Below are positions 11,590 through 23,069 of a stretch of DNA of 64,000 bases, one piece after another; positions within the stretch are counted from its first letter, which is position 1; every line of letters begins with the position of its first letter. This DNA comes from Candidatus Bathyarchaeota archaeon. GTDB taxonomy: Archaea > Thermoproteota > Bathyarchaeia > Bathyarchaeales > DTEX01. The stretch covers positions 1 to 64,000 of the forward strand of contig CAVQNT010000006.1 of NCBI GenBank assembly GCA_963714275.1, in the 5' to 3' direction. The position numbers and the translations under genes are program-made. The notes below the pieces were generated by a model. It had not been told where the DNA came from. It did not search any database and saw only the letters and a program-made list of their open reading frames with translations.

Positions 11590-12553
11590 ATGGCAGAAAT
11601 AAGGGAAGAAAAATTAATTGAAATGTATAAAGAGATGGTGAAGATTAGGCTTTTCGAGGAGAGTATGGAAGATCTTTGCTTTCGAGGATCCGTCCCAGGA
11701 ACAATGCATCTATATGTTGGACAGGAAGCCGTTGCCGTTGGGGTCTGTGCAAACTTACGGAAGGGTGATTACGTAATTAGCACACATCGTGGACATGCAC
11801 ATAGCATCGCAAAGGGTATTGAGTTGAAGAAAATAGCTGCTGAGATCCTAGGTAAGGTGACAGGTTGTTGCAGGGGTAGGGCAGGATCAATGCATCTTTC
11901 AGACCCAAGCGTGGGTCTTTTATATTCAAGTGCTATCGTAGGAGCAGGAGTGCCCCTCGCTGTTGGCGCAGGTTTATCCATAAAATTGAAAGGAACAGAC
12001 CAGGTTGCTGTTGCTTTCTTTGGGGATGGTGCAAGTAACACTGGAGGCTTTCATGAAGGACTAAATTTAGCCTCAATATGGAAACTTCCAGTCATATTCG
12101 TTTGTGAAAACAATCTCTACGCCATATCAGTGAGTGTGAAAAAGTCTACTTCTGTTAAAGATATTGCTACAAGGGCATCGGCATATAACATGCCTGGCGC
12201 AATTGTGGACGGAAACGATTTAACAGTCATCAATAAAGTAACTAAAGAGGCCGTGAAAAGGGCAAGGAGAAGAGAAGGACCTTCATTAATAGAGTGTAAA
12301 ACTTACAGGTGTCTAGGACATTACACCGGGGATGTTGAACAGCCTTACAGAACAAGGGAAGAGGTTGAAGTGTGGAAAAAAAGGTGTCCAATCAGGAGGC
12401 TGGAAATTGAGACTGATTGAAGATGGTATACTGACAGAGGATTCTATTGAAGAAATTAGAGAAGAAGTAGGCAAACAGGTTAAAGAGGCTGTGGAATTCG
12501 CTATTGCCAGCCCATATCCATCAAACGAAGAATTAGAAAAATTCGTCTTTTGA
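11590..12553 (+). CDS. TPP-dependent dehydrogenase E1 alpha (acetoin/pyruvate dehydrogenase-like), frameshifted near 3' end
   Basis: HLYVGQEA, STHRGH, GDGASN...ENNLYA, TYRCLGH. Confidence 0.93.
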
Positions 12554-13545
12554 GGGAGATGGCCTTGAAAATGAGGCAGATAAGCTATGCAGAGGCGATT
12601 AATGAGGTTCTGCGGGAAGAAATGAGAAGAAATGAAAGGATAATTCTTATGGGCGAAGATATCGGAGTGTTTGGCGGCGTCTACAAAATTACAAAAGGAC
12701 TATTAGAGGAGTTTGGACCGGAAAGGGTTTATGATACGCCAATTTCAGAGGATGGGTTCGTTGGAGTTGCAATAGGAGCTGCAATAACTGGATCGCGACC
12801 GGTAGTTGAAATCATGTATCCCGATTTTCTACTTTGCTGTATGAACCAACTGATTAACCATGCAGCTAAATTGAGGTATATGAGTGGGGGATTATTGAAA
12901 GTGCCACTCGTTGTTAGAACCAATATAATACAAGGGAGAAACTCAGGAGCCGATCACTCTCAAGTGCTTATACCATTGTTTATGCACATACCAGGACTAT
13001 ATGTTGTCGCCCCCTCGACACCTTACGATGTGAAGGGTCTTTTGAGGACAGCGATGAGATGCGATTCGCCAACAATATTTTTTGAGGAATCTTTCCTTTA
13101 TAAATCAAAAGGTCCTGTTCTTGAGAAAGAATATTCAATACCGTTTGGAAAAGCCAATATATATACGGAAGGAGAAGATGTCACAATAGTTGGCGTTTCG
13201 ACGACAGTTCACATAATCCTTGCAGCAACCAAAAGACTCGAGGAGAAAGGCATCAGCGCTGAGGTCATTGACCTACGTACACTAGTACCGTTAGATAAGG
13301 ACACAATAATAGATTCTGTCAAAAAGACTGGAAAACTTGTTACAGTTGAGAATAGCTGGAGAACATGTGGTATTGGGGCTGAAATAGCAGCATTGGTAAT
13401 AGAGGAGGCCTTTGACTACTTGGATGCGCCAATATTACGAGTCGCAACACCACTCCAACCCGAACCTGTTTCCCCTCCGCTAGTAAAACTCTTACTAGTT
13501 AATGAAAATAAGGTAATTGAAGCGGTGAAGAAAATAGTTACCTAG
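12550..13545 (+). CDS. TPP-dependent dehydrogenase E1 beta subunit
   Basis: GEDIGVFGGVY, DTPISE, HSQ, EVIDLRTLVPLD. Confidence 0.94.
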   Translation: MREMALKMRQISYAEAINEVLREEMRRNERIILMGEDIGVFGGVYKITKGLLEEFGPERVYDTPISEDGFVGVAIGAAITGSRPVVEIMYPDFLLCCMNQLINHAAKLRYMSGGLLKVPLVVRTNIIQGRNSGADHSQVLIPLFMHIPGLYVVAPSTPYDVKGLLRTAMRCDSPTIFFEESFLYKSKGPVLEKEYSIPFGKANIYTEGEDVTIVGVSTTVHIILAATKRLEEKGISAEVIDLRTLVPLDKDTIIDSVKKTGKLVTVENSWRTCGIGAEIAALVIEEAFDYLDAPILRVATPLQPEPVSPPLVKLLLVNENKVIEAVKKIVT

Positions 13546-13882
13546 GGCAAGGACTACATGAAGATTACAATGATAGCGCGCCTATGTGAAGTCCTGTTAT
13601 TTTTCTCCTTTACGCATAGACTCCTCACCCCCCCAAAAAAGTCCGAGCCATAATAAGAGGAAAAGAAGTCAAAAGCGGTAAAGAAACACAAGTAAAAGGT
13701 TTTGTTTGTGAAGCTATTAATAAAGATACGATTCATACTATAATAATAAAAAATGATAATTATGAAAAATTTACGGTTGACGGTCGCGACGCAACACTTG
13801 AAGACTTTACGGCTTATCATATAACTATTGAAGAAGCCTACGCGCTAGCTATTGATCCATTAAACATTGAAAGAAGCATTGC

Positions 13883-14257
13883 ATGGAAAAAAGGGTCATT
13901 TCAGAAGCTTGTGAGAGGCATTCAGGACTAATAGAAAGGATAAAGTCGATAAGCGATGTTCAAGATAAAACAATGGGATTCGCTGCTTTTTGGTCAGAGG
14001 AGGAAAATCCTAGTAGTCGCGGACTTCAGTGGTTCTATGCAAGCGAGGGAGGAAGACTTCAAGAAGCTTTATTCAGTAGTATGGAAGTGCTGGATGGAAT
14101 CGGCAGCAAAACCGCGTTGTTCGGGTTCGGCGGAGAGAAAGGCGGCTCAGGTTACTACTTCTTCAAGGCTAAACGTTTTGAGGAACTTAAATGGAAGGCG
14201 AACCACTCAGCAAATACAGCAACTTTACAAGCTCAGCTAGCTAAACTCGGTGACTAG
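13883..14257 (+). pseudogene. VWA (MIDAS) domain fragment
   Basis: Joining frames gives RRKILVVADFSGSMQAREEDFKKALFSSMEVLDGIGSKTALFGFGG (DxSxS MIDAS motif); short, flanked by non-coding remnants. Confidence 0.5.
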
Positions 14258-14455
14258 CAACTCAGGCTAAATCCATTGCAGAACAACTTTTATATAAGAG
14301 ATTGCGTTTACTCTACATGGTATATCAAAAATAAAAAAGCCAATTAATAGTAAAGACTTCGGGAGATGTCGCCAGAACTGGAGCATATAGCTTATTTTAG
14401 TTATTCTCGGCAAATTTTGTGTTCTTTAGATTTTTTACTAAAAATTTTGGGAAAT

Positions 14456-15111
14456 TTAATCGCGAGGTTCTAGGGCTATGGCTCTTATCCATGAGGAGTC
14501 CATGCCTGTGACTTTCAACGGGAGACCGATGTAGAATAGTCTTTCTTTCCTGATTTGTTCCATGTTGACCAAGCCTTCGATTAGTGGAATCTCGTTTTTC
14601 AAAAGATTCACGTGAGTTGCTATTGAGCCATCTGGAGCCTCAACCCTTATGTTTTGTACGCCGACCATCTTAACATGCTTTTGTGCAAGGCATTCCGATG
14701 CTTCAGGCGAAATGTAGGGCTGTTCATCTCTGTTGTAGGGACTCCACATGAGAACAATGTCATCCTTTTTAACTTTAACAAGATGAGAAGGCAGTATCGG
14801 TTGTCCCCTTCCTTCCTTCGGTTTTAGGTATGTATAGTCGAGGACAATTGCTTCACCCAGGAAGCTTTAATCGGCATTTCAGAGCTCGATTTTCCTTCCG
14901 GAGTAAAGTGTGCTGGAAGTTCAACGTGGGTTCCGATGTGCGTTTCGGTTTCAACCCAATTCATGAGCATCTTGTCCGGAGCATAGACGAACTGACGAAG
15001 CTCAAACCTTCTGGTCTGGTTCCCATGAAGGTACTTTCCGTTCACCTTTAGAACGCCGGGACGAATCTCCGAGGAAAGGTCAATAATTATATAATTTCTT
15101 AAATCAAACAT
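14456..15111 (-). CDS. Cyclase family protein (kynurenine formamidase-like), frameshifted
   Basis: ETHIGTHVELPAH (HxGTHxDxPxH variant), IPLIEGLVN, GLPLKVTGMDSSWIRA. Confidence 0.88.
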
Positions 15112-15141
15112 TATTCATCGCATCCAAAATGTCTTTTTGCT

Positions 15142-15867
15142 TCATCGATTATGTTTTTTCTCGGGTATTTTGTTCCATTTTTTCCTTTTTTCATCAAATT
15201 CTTTGCGTGCCATGAGAAAACGCGCGGGGTTTCCAACGACCACGGATTCGGGAGCTACGTCCTTGGTTACAACCGCGCCTGCTCCGACAACTGCACTCTT
15301 TCCAACTCTTACGCCTGCAAGCAAGGTGGAGTTTGCGCAAATAATGGCGTCTTTTTCGACAGTTACCCCAATCAGACGTTTACTTTGCGGGTAAGGGTCA
15401 TTCGTGAAGCAAACGTTTGGGGCAACAAAAACGCCATCTTCGATTACTGTGAGGTGAGGAAGATAAGCATTCGACTGGATTACGACCGCTTTTCCAACCT
15501 TCACCGCTCCGTCAAGTTTTGAAGATGAGCCCACTAATGATTCGTCGCCAATGGTGCTTCCTTCCCTAATCAGAACATTGTGCCCTGTTCTAACTTTGTC
15601 CCCTATCTCCGTTGTTTCGTAGATGATTGTACCAGAACGTATGATGCAGTTTTTACCAACCTTTGAACCTTTACTTACAGTGTCATAAATGTGTGCGTCA
15701 AACTTGCTTGGAAGTTTCAAGGTTCGAAGCGACTTCTCGACCGGAAACCCAATTACGACATTTCCTGCAATTATTGTGCCTAAGCCGATTGTTGTTTCGC
15801 CTAGGATAATAGCGCTTTTTTCGATGAAGCCTCCATTTTTTGTTTTTGGCGAAATGTAACCTGACAT
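15142..15867 (-). CDS. Hexapeptide-repeat acyltransferase (WbpD/DapH-like)
   Basis: Hexapeptide repeats, FTNDPYP, VGAGAVVTKDV, VVVGNPAR. Confidence 0.9.
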   Translation of the reverse strand: MSGYISPKTKNGGFIEKSAIILGETTIGLGTIIAGNVVIGFPVEKSLRTLKLPSKFDAHIYDTVSKGSKVGKNCIIRSGTIIYETTEIGDKVRTGHNVLIREGSTIGDESLVGSSSKLDGAVKVGKAVVIQSNAYLPHLTVIEDGVFVAPNVCFTNDPYPQSKRLIGVTVEKDAIICANSTLLAGVRVGKSAVVGAGAVVTKDVAPESVVVGNPARFLMARKEFDEKRKKWNKIPEKKHNR

Positions 15868-16034
15868 TGCTTATCTAATTGTCTTTCGTTTTTTGGGCTT
15901 TTCAAGGTTGCGGTTTGACAGAATTCGAGCTTTCGGCTTATCAAAATTAGTATAAAAATATTAAATTTATTGGCAATGTTTTTTCAGTTATGTATAAATA
16001 CCCAATAATAGCTTTTTATTGTTGAGGAAGATTT

Positions 16035-16313
16035 ATGGCAAGACGGTCCAAGAAAGAAACGGCGAAGATGTTTAAGTCTATGGCGGTTCTTCTTCGTAAC
16101 ACCACTTGGAAGTGTGGCAGAATAGAGCGTCTTGTAGTAAAAAACCTGCAAAGCCATTTTGTTAGAGACGGTAAAGCGTGGTCCAACATCAAAGACATGC
16201 TGCAACAATTCAAATTGCAGGGAAAACAGAAAAACGAGTTTTTCGATGCACTTCGACGGCTGGAAAGAAGACGCATAATAAAAATTGAACTCTTTGAGTC
16301 TAAACTTCTGTAA
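16035..16313 (+). CDS. Hypothetical basic protein (possible winged-helix)
   Basis: 92-aa Lys/Arg-rich ORF with GAGG upstream; FFDALRRLERRRII resembles a wHTH end. Confidence 0.5.
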   Translation: MARRSKKETAKMFKSMAVLLRNTTWKCGRIERLVVKNLQSHFVRDGKAWSNIKDMLQQFKLQGKQKNEFFDALRRLERRRIIKIELFESKLL

Positions 16314-16363
16314 ACTTCCAAACCTTTTTCTAAATATTTTTATTTTTTTAAGTTAAGTAGCGG

Positions 16364-16861
16364 TCACTCTTTCTTTGGTTGTATTGCTTCCTGGAACAGC
16401 TTCTTTACAGCTGTAATTCTAGCTTTCTGTGCAAGAACATCCGCAGTCACTAAGGTCAAAGCTTCCTCTGGGCACCATTCCACGCATTTAGGTTTTCCCT
16501 CGCAAAGGTCGCAGACGAAAACAACCTTTTTTTCCGGGTGAAGCATGATTGCGCCGTAGTCGCATGCTTCGATGCACCAGCCACAGCCATTACATTTGTC
16601 TTCGTCCACTATGATGACGCCTGTTTCCCCCGACTGAGTCAACGCATCTCTTGGACACGCAGAAACGCAGGGAGCATCTTCACAAAGCCTACAAGTTAAA
16701 GCCATGTTAATTATAGGCGCAAGACGGACAGCGCGGATACGGGACTTAACTGGGTTAAAAGCCTTCTCTTTTTCGAATGAGCAGGCGTACTCGCATACGC
16801 AGCAGCCTACACACTTGTCAGGGTCGCAGGAAACGAATTTTCGGTCATGAATTGATGCCAT
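16364..16861 (-). CDS. 4Fe-4S dicluster protein (AOR-associated, DmsB/HydN-like)
   Basis: CVGCCVCEYAC, CRLCEDAPCVSACP, CNGCGWCIEAC, CDLC...CVEWCP. Confidence 0.92.
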   Translation of the reverse strand: MASIHDRKFVSCDPDKCVGCCVCEYACSFEKEKAFNPVKSRIRAVRLAPIINMALTCRLCEDAPCVSACPRDALTQSGETGVIIVDEDKCNGCGWCIEACDYGAIMLHPEKKVVFVCDLCEGKPKCVEWCPEEALTLVTADVLAQKARITAVKKLFQEAIQPKKE

Positions 16862-16892
16862 CCAACTTCCTCCTGCAATTCCATTTTTAATG

Positions 16893-18747
16893 CTATACTT
16901 TTTTCTCAACAATGTAGACTAGGTCGTCCATAGATAGTTCTTTCAGTTTTTCGACAGTTGGAACGCCTTCTTTTGTCCAACCTCTCTGGGCATAGTAGTC
17001 GTCCAACATAAAGTCGAGCTCTTTCTGGCTAACGTAACTTCCCTTAGAAACCGTATTGTCCGGAATAGGGGTGCTCATGACCTTAGGCGGCAGATGGTCA
17101 TTCTTCCTTGTGAATCCTTCCCGAATGTTGAAAAGCCTGCCTAAAACATTGATTCTTTCGCCTGCCATCTTTTAGTTCCTCAGCAGTCATCTCCAAGCCT
17201 GTGGCTAACGCGTAATATTTGGCAAGGTCTTCGTATTCCTTATAGTACACTCCTCTGGAGAACTTGCAAACAATCAGTGAATCAATGACGGTGTAAAGGT
17301 CCTCAATTTCTGTGACTATCTTGGAACGTCCCTTCTCGACCTTGAAGCGGTCCACTGTCCCCTTCAGGTCAACAGCGTAGGCTCCGTGACGGTTGTGGTC
17401 TGCGCCACGGAACGAAACCGCGTAGCCGATTGCAGCTGTCTTCAGTCCCCTGATGTCATAACCAGTCATCTCTAAACCTTTGATGTGGTTAGCAAATTTA
17501 TCGGCGCCTTTACCGATTTTTAGAGACGCCCTTTTTACCCCTTCAGCCAAGATGTCGCCCAGTCCCTCACGTTTCCCTATCTTATGAACCAGTTCCACCA
17601 TGGCTTCTGCGTTACCAAACTTTAGGTCAATTCCGCCCGTGTCTTCCTTGGTCAAGATGCGATGTTCATAAAGGTCCATGGCGAAGCCCACGATGTTGCC
17701 TGTTGACAGATTATCTAAACCATAATAGTTACAGAGGTCCATCGCCTTGATTATTGCATCTAGCCTATCAACTCCGCAGTGGGGACCAAAAGCCCACAAC
17801 GGCTCATACTCGACCCGCGATGTGGTTCCCTTGTAAGGTCCCTCAGGAACGGTGGCTAAGTGTTCGCAGCGCATGGCGCACGATGAGCAGCCGTCAATTT
17901 TTACAACGAACCTTTCGTTCAGGTATTCGCCGCTGACTTTCTCGGCACCTTCGAACACGGCGTTCGTGAAGTTTCTCGTTGGAAGTGCACCTAACGAGTT
18001 GTGAACCAGAACGTTTACAGGCGTCCCCAAAGTCCGATATTTGGCTGTTGCTGGACCCTTCATCCGTTCATGCATCGTCTTCACGAACTCAATGAACTCC
18101 TCCGGCTTGGCTACTTTAACGTCGTTTGTTCCGCGTACCGCTATAGCCTTAAGATTTTTGGAACCCATGACAGCTCCCATGCCTGTTCGACCAGCAGCTC
18201 GGCTTACGTCGTTCATGATGCAGGCAACACGCGCCCGTTTCTCTCCAGCCAATCCAATGGCTGCGACACGAATGTAATAGTCTCCTAGGTCGTTTCGTAT
18301 GGCTTCCTCAGTTTCTTGCGGCGACTTGCCCCACAGGTGTCTTGCGTCCATCAATTGGACGTTGTCGTCGTCAATCCAAACGTAAATGGGCTTGTCAGAC
18401 GCATTCTCGAATATTATGGCGTCGTATCCTGCTCTTTTCAGTTCTGCGCCGAAGAATCCGTGCGACTTTGCTTCTCCCACGCCGTTTGTTAGAGGAGATT
18501 TCGACACAAAAGCATGCCCGTTTCCTCCGGTAGGAGCCATTGTTCCGCTTAAAGGGCCTGTTGCCAAAATCAGTGGGTTCTCTATGCTGAATGGATCAGT
18601 GCCAGGCGTTGAATTGTCCAGAAGGAGGCGGATTCCAAGCCCGATTCCTCCAATATACTTTTTGGCGTATTCGTCGCTTAATGGGCTGTTTTTTGTTTTG
18701 CCGTTCGATAAGTCTACTTGCAGAATTCTTCTGGCGTAGCCAAACAA
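16893..18747 (-). CDS. aor: Tungsten-type aldehyde:ferredoxin oxidoreductase, frameshift near 17165
   Basis: KSPLT, ELKRAGYD, AAGRTGMGAVMGSKNLKAI, CSSCAMRC, EYE, DSLIVCKF, C-terminal YYAQRGW..EGVPT. Confidence 0.93.
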
Positions 18748-18845
18748 AATAAAAAGCCTCCGTTAACAAAAAATAGGAAATCATCGTGATATTTAAACAT
18801 AATCGCCATAGAACATATGAAAATTTCATGTCGTAGTGAATTTTT

Positions 18846-19256
18846 TTACTTTTTTTCGTGCGGTTTTGCCTGTTCCTTTAACCACTTTGCTGTTTCTTTC
18901 AGAATGGGATGTTCAGAAACGTTTATGACTGGAACTTCGAGTCCACTCAGTTTGATAGACGTTGCGTATTTGGGCATAAGCGCGAAGCTTACTGAGCTCC
19001 AGTAGATTCTGCCTTTCAGATAGTTTTCCATAAGGTCGTTGGTGTCTGGAACAAGCGGAAAATAGAGGAAGATGACTCCCTCAGCCCATTGTGCCGAGAT
19101 TGGGATTCCGCTTTGAATTAGGCGGGCAAACATTTGGTCCAGTTTTTCTATCGAGAACTGGAAATAGTCAAGTATCACTATTTCTTTAGCAGGCTTGTAG
19201 ATGATTTTTATTTTATTTTCTTCACCAATTTTGTTGCTCAATGCCAGTAGCCTCAC
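18846..19256 (-). CDS. Hypothetical protein
   Basis: Intact ORF with protein-like composition (WAEGVIFLYFP), co-oriented with aor. Confidence 0.6.
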   Translation of the reverse strand: MRLLALSNKIGEENKIKIIYKPAKEIVILDYFQFSIEKLDQMFARLIQSGIPISAQWAEGVIFLYFPLVPDTNDLMENYLKGRIYWSSVSFALMPKYATSIKLSGLEVPVINVSEHPILKETAKWLKEQAKPHEKK

Positions 19257-19495
19257 ATGAATTCCTATAGCACCAGATAGTGTTTTGTCTTGATAGAAAT
19301 TAAGGTTTTCTAAGCCTGTAAAGAAATAGATGCATATCCTTTAATTCAAAACACGATTTTGCCATTTTGTCTAGAAAATTTCATTGATTCAGATGCTTTA
19401 TGGTATTTTTATGATGCAAAGAAATAAATAAAAAGTGATAGATTTATGTTTAAAATACAACCCATACTTATCGGATATAACAGAGATGTGGTAAA

Positions 19496-20216
19496 ATGGC
19501 GACTCATGCTGAGGATTTGAAGTTTCGGCTTGCTACAGTTGAATTGTTGCGGACTGCAAAAAGGCATTACACGTACAGGGACCTTTCGGGAAAAACGGAT
19601 TTTCCGGTGACAGTTTTAAGCAGATACGTGAAGGGGCACGTTCTCCCCAACACGAACAGGGCACACGTTCTTTGGAATGCCCTTTTAAAAATTGTTGGTT
19701 TAGAAACCGAGTTTCGTAGGAGAATAAAGTTTGGCAGCAACGGTTTCTTCGACAACACCCAGATAATTGGCGACATTAACCTGCTTGACCAAGCCTGCCA
19801 ACTATGCCCTTGCGAAGTTTGCTGGGAAAAGGATTACGAAAGTGTTTACAGCGGCGGTTGACGGTGTGCCTTTGGCTACGATGGTTGCCCGCGCTCTTGA
19901 CGTGAACATCGTGATTGCTAAGCCTAACAAGGAGGTCGGCGTCTCATCCTTCATTGAGGAAACTTACTCTCTTGACGTGTCAGGTCACACGATGACGCTT
20001 TATTTGCCGAGAGACGTGATAAAGAAGAAAGACAGTATACTCGTAGTTGACGACGTTATTAAAAGTGGCGAGACACAGCTCGCGTTGTTGAAACTGGTCG
20101 AGAAGGCGAAGGCAGAGGTTTCAGGCGTCTTCGCCATGATTAGTGTTGGAAACGCGTGGAAGCAAAAGATGAATATTCCGAAGAGCTGCCAAGTTGAGGT
20201 AATTCTTGAAATTTAA
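19496..20216 (+). CDS. HTH plus phosphoribosyltransferase protein (archaeal PurR/Apt-like), frameshifted
   Basis: N-terminal YTYRDLS...VLSRYVKGHVLP HTH; PRPP-binding motif LVVDDVIKSGET. Confidence 0.88.
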
Positions 20217-20272
20217 AATTTTTTGAACCAAAAACAAAAATGGTCATGACATAGCCAGGTCATTAAAAGAGC

Positions 20273-20434
20273 CTAGTGGGCTTTTTCTTTCTTCTTCCAT
20301 CTTAAGTTGTGGCTTTTGCATTTTCGGCATTTTTTGGCTGTAGGGGCGTTTCTTGCTCCGCACTCTCTGCATATCTTTATTTGTAGCCTTCGTTTTTGGG
20401 CTATCGATCGTTTCAGGGGGTCGGTGATTGGCAA
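20273..20434 (-). CDS. rpl40e: 50S ribosomal protein L40e (absent from ORF track, 53 aa)
   Basis: TTG start; MPITDPLKRSIAQKRRLQIKICRECGARNAPTAKKCRKCKSHNLRWKKKEKAH. Confidence 0.93.
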   Translation of the reverse strand: MPITDPLKRSIAQKRRLQIKICRECGARNAPTAKKCRKCKSHNLRWKKKEKAH

Positions 20435-20593
20435 CGGATTCATCTCTTGTTGTTGTTACCTTTTTCGCCGTTAGAACTGCATATATACCTTTTGGTTTTG
20501 GGAGTCTATGTGTGTGATACCACAAGATATTTATTGGTGATCACAGAGCAATAGGTTCACAGCATACAGAAAAACAAAGGAGTGAGGCGGTGA

Positions 20594-20872
20594 ATGTCTG
20601 AAAACAACTCAGTGCTGATTGGACGAAAACCCGTAATGAACTATGTCCTAGCATGCATTACCCTGTTTCATGGCGGAGCAAAAGAAATAAATGTTAAAGC
20701 GAGAGGACAAGCGATAAGCAGAGCAGTCGACGTTGTGGAGATTGCACGGCGAAGATTCCTGCCTGACGTGAAGGTACAAAAAATCGACATAGGCACAGTA
20801 TCACTTCCAGTCCTCGACGGGGGCAACACGTCCACTAACGTGAGTACTATAGAGATCATACTGACGCGTTAA
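20594..20872 (+). CDS. albA: DNA/RNA-binding protein Alba
   Basis: [36 protein letters not shown]. Confidence 0.97.
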   Translation: MSENNSVLIGRKPVMNYVLACITLFHGGAKEINVKARGQAISRAVDVVEIARRRFLPDVKVQKIDIGTVSLPVLDGGNTSTNVSTIEIILTR

Positions 20873-20930
20873 AAAGTTGCAGCACTAATGCTCCGTCGCA
20901 CCTCCTTTATTTTCGGAGGTTCAGAGGCTG

Positions 20931-21440
20931 GTGAAAACGGAGTTATGCCAGTTCTGCCTAAGAAGCGGAATGTTGTGTCCCAAATGCAAGAAAAAGCTCG
21001 AGAAAGGTGAAGTAAGCGAGCTTGACCTAGAAATAGGTCGGTTACTTATGTCCATGGAGGAGGAATATCCGCCTCTTCAAAACGTTTATTTTCACAAAGC
21101 TGTCGAGGCAGACAGCGTGATGGCTATTTTTGTCAGTAGGGGGGACATTGCGAAGATCCTGAGTTATGGTGGAAAGATTATCAAGTCCGTGGAACGGAAC
21201 ACCAAAAAGACTGTTCGTGTATTGGAAAGCAATTCGGACGAAAGAAAGTTTCTTGAGGACCTGTTTGCCCCAATGACTATTCTGACTGTCAACAGGATTT
21301 GGCTGCCTGATGGGTCTACGGAGACAAGGGTGATACTGAAGGGTGGCGAAAGGCGACGGACCTCGAGATACATCAATGCCTTAAGGGAGATTGCTAGCAA
21401 GGCTCAAGGGTTAACTCTAAGAGTTGAATTTGCAACTTAA
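20931..21440 (+). CDS. Archaeal NusA-like KH-domain protein with N-terminal Zn knuckle
   Basis: CQFCLRSGMLCPKC, GGKIIK, VNRIWLPDGSTE; lies between alba and aspS. Confidence 0.8.
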   Translation: MKTELCQFCLRSGMLCPKCKKKLEKGEVSELDLEIGRLLMSMEEEYPPLQNVYFHKAVEADSVMAIFVSRGDIAKILSYGGKIIKSVERNTKKTVRVLESNSDERKFLEDLFAPMTILTVNRIWLPDGSTETRVILKGGERRRTSRYINALREIASKAQGLTLRVEFAT

Positions 21441-21456
21441 CGGCGGCTTCGACAAA

Positions 21457-22777
21457 ATGACGGTTGACGAGCTCGGGGAATGGCGGAGAACACATTTTTC
21501 AGCTGAGATCAGCCCTAAACTCGACGGCGAAGAAGTTGTCGTGATGGGTTGGGTTAGAGACGTCAGGGACCTAGGTGGCATAAGGTTCATCATTTTGCAG
21601 GATAAAGACGGGAAGGTACAAGTTACCGTTTCCCAAACTAAGGCTGAACCCGAAGTTTTCGAGAAACTGCATTCTTTGCACAGGCAAGACTGCGTAGCGG
21701 TCAAGGGTGTCGTCAAAAAGATGGACAAAGCTTCCCGGAGGAGCCGAGATCATTCCCAAAGACATCAAAATTCTAGGCGTTGCGAAGCAGCCTCTGCTTT
21801 TAGACATTACGGGTAGGACTCCCGCGGAGATTGATGTGAGGTTGGAGTCTCGGGTTTTGGACCTTCGCAGCGATAGGAGCCAAGCCATCTTCAAGATTCG
21901 GCACATTACTTTGTCTGCTGTCCGGGAGTTTCTTTCGAAGCTGGGCTTTTTGGAAATTAACACGCCCAAGATTATTGCATCCGCGACTGAAGGCGGGGCT
22001 GAGCTGTTTCCGATTGTGTATTTTGAGCGCGAGGCTTTTTTGGCTCAGAGTCCGCAGCTTTACAAGGAGGAGCTTGTTGTCGACTTCGAGAAGGTTTACG
22101 AGATTGGACCCGCTTACAGGGCTGAGAAGTCGCATACTAGACGGCACATCACCGAGTTCACCTCAATCGACATTGAGCAGGCGTTCGGGAACGCTGAGGA
22201 CGTCATGAACATCGCTGAGGGGCTTATGGTTCAATTGTGCGAAACGTTAAACAAAAGGTGCAAGGACGATCTTAAGGTCCTGAAACACAAGTTAGCAGTT
22301 CCGAAGACTCCTTTTGAACGTGTGACATACACCCAAATTGTCGAAGAACTGCAGAACAAGGACGTAAAAATCGAGTGGGGAGAAGACATTTCCACAATCG
22401 CTTTTCGAACGTTGGGCAAAATTCATCCCTACTTCTACTTCATCACAGAGTGGCCAAGCAGGTCAAAGCCGTTCTACATTAAGCCGAGAGACGACAAGCC
22501 TGAGCTAAGCGAAGGATTCGACCTGATGTGGCGGTGGGTCGAAATAGCCTCTGGCGGCACAAGGGTTCACGACAAAAACGTTCTCATGAAGAGGCTTAAG
22601 GAGCAATCTCTGCATCCAGAGTCCTTCAAGTACCACCTTCAAGCCTTCGACTTCGGTATGCCACCTCACGCAGGCTGGGCGATTGGCTTAGAAAGGCTCA
22701 TTATGATGCTTACGGGCATAAGAAACATCAGAGAAGTCGTCCTTTACCCGCGAGACCGATTCAGACTAACGCCATAA
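21457..22777 (+). CDS. aspS: Archaeal aspartyl-tRNA synthetase, frameshift near 21730
   Basis: GWVRDVRDLGG OB-fold, ATEGGAELF, LAQSPQLYK, YRAEKS, GMPPHAGWAIGLERL, YPRD. Confidence 0.96.
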
Positions 22778-23069
22778 ATTTTTTTATTAATCATAGCACT
22801 TTATTTTTCCAGATTCAAATATCTCGGTATGGTCTGTTTTATTCATCATCAGTTTTTTCTGTTTGAATAACATTTTGCACTGGACCAGTTCTGTTTTGCG
22901 GCGCAATATTTCTGTTGTTTTGGTGCGCTAATCTTTTGTTCTGTAGAATGCGAGGTTTCATTAAGGTGTCATCATTCATTCTTTCTTTGTCTTAAAGTTG
23001 GGTAAAGAAAGATTAAATATGGTTGAAGTGTTTTTTTTCACGGTTCGTTAGACAATTGATTACTGCGGG

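Noticed and set aside
13554-13820. 88-aa minus-strand ORF
   Set aside because: Low-complexity translation of AT-rich intergenic DNA
20244-20525. 93-aa ORF from the track
   Set aside because: Shadow frame; the real gene is rpl40e at 20273-20434 in another frame on the same strand
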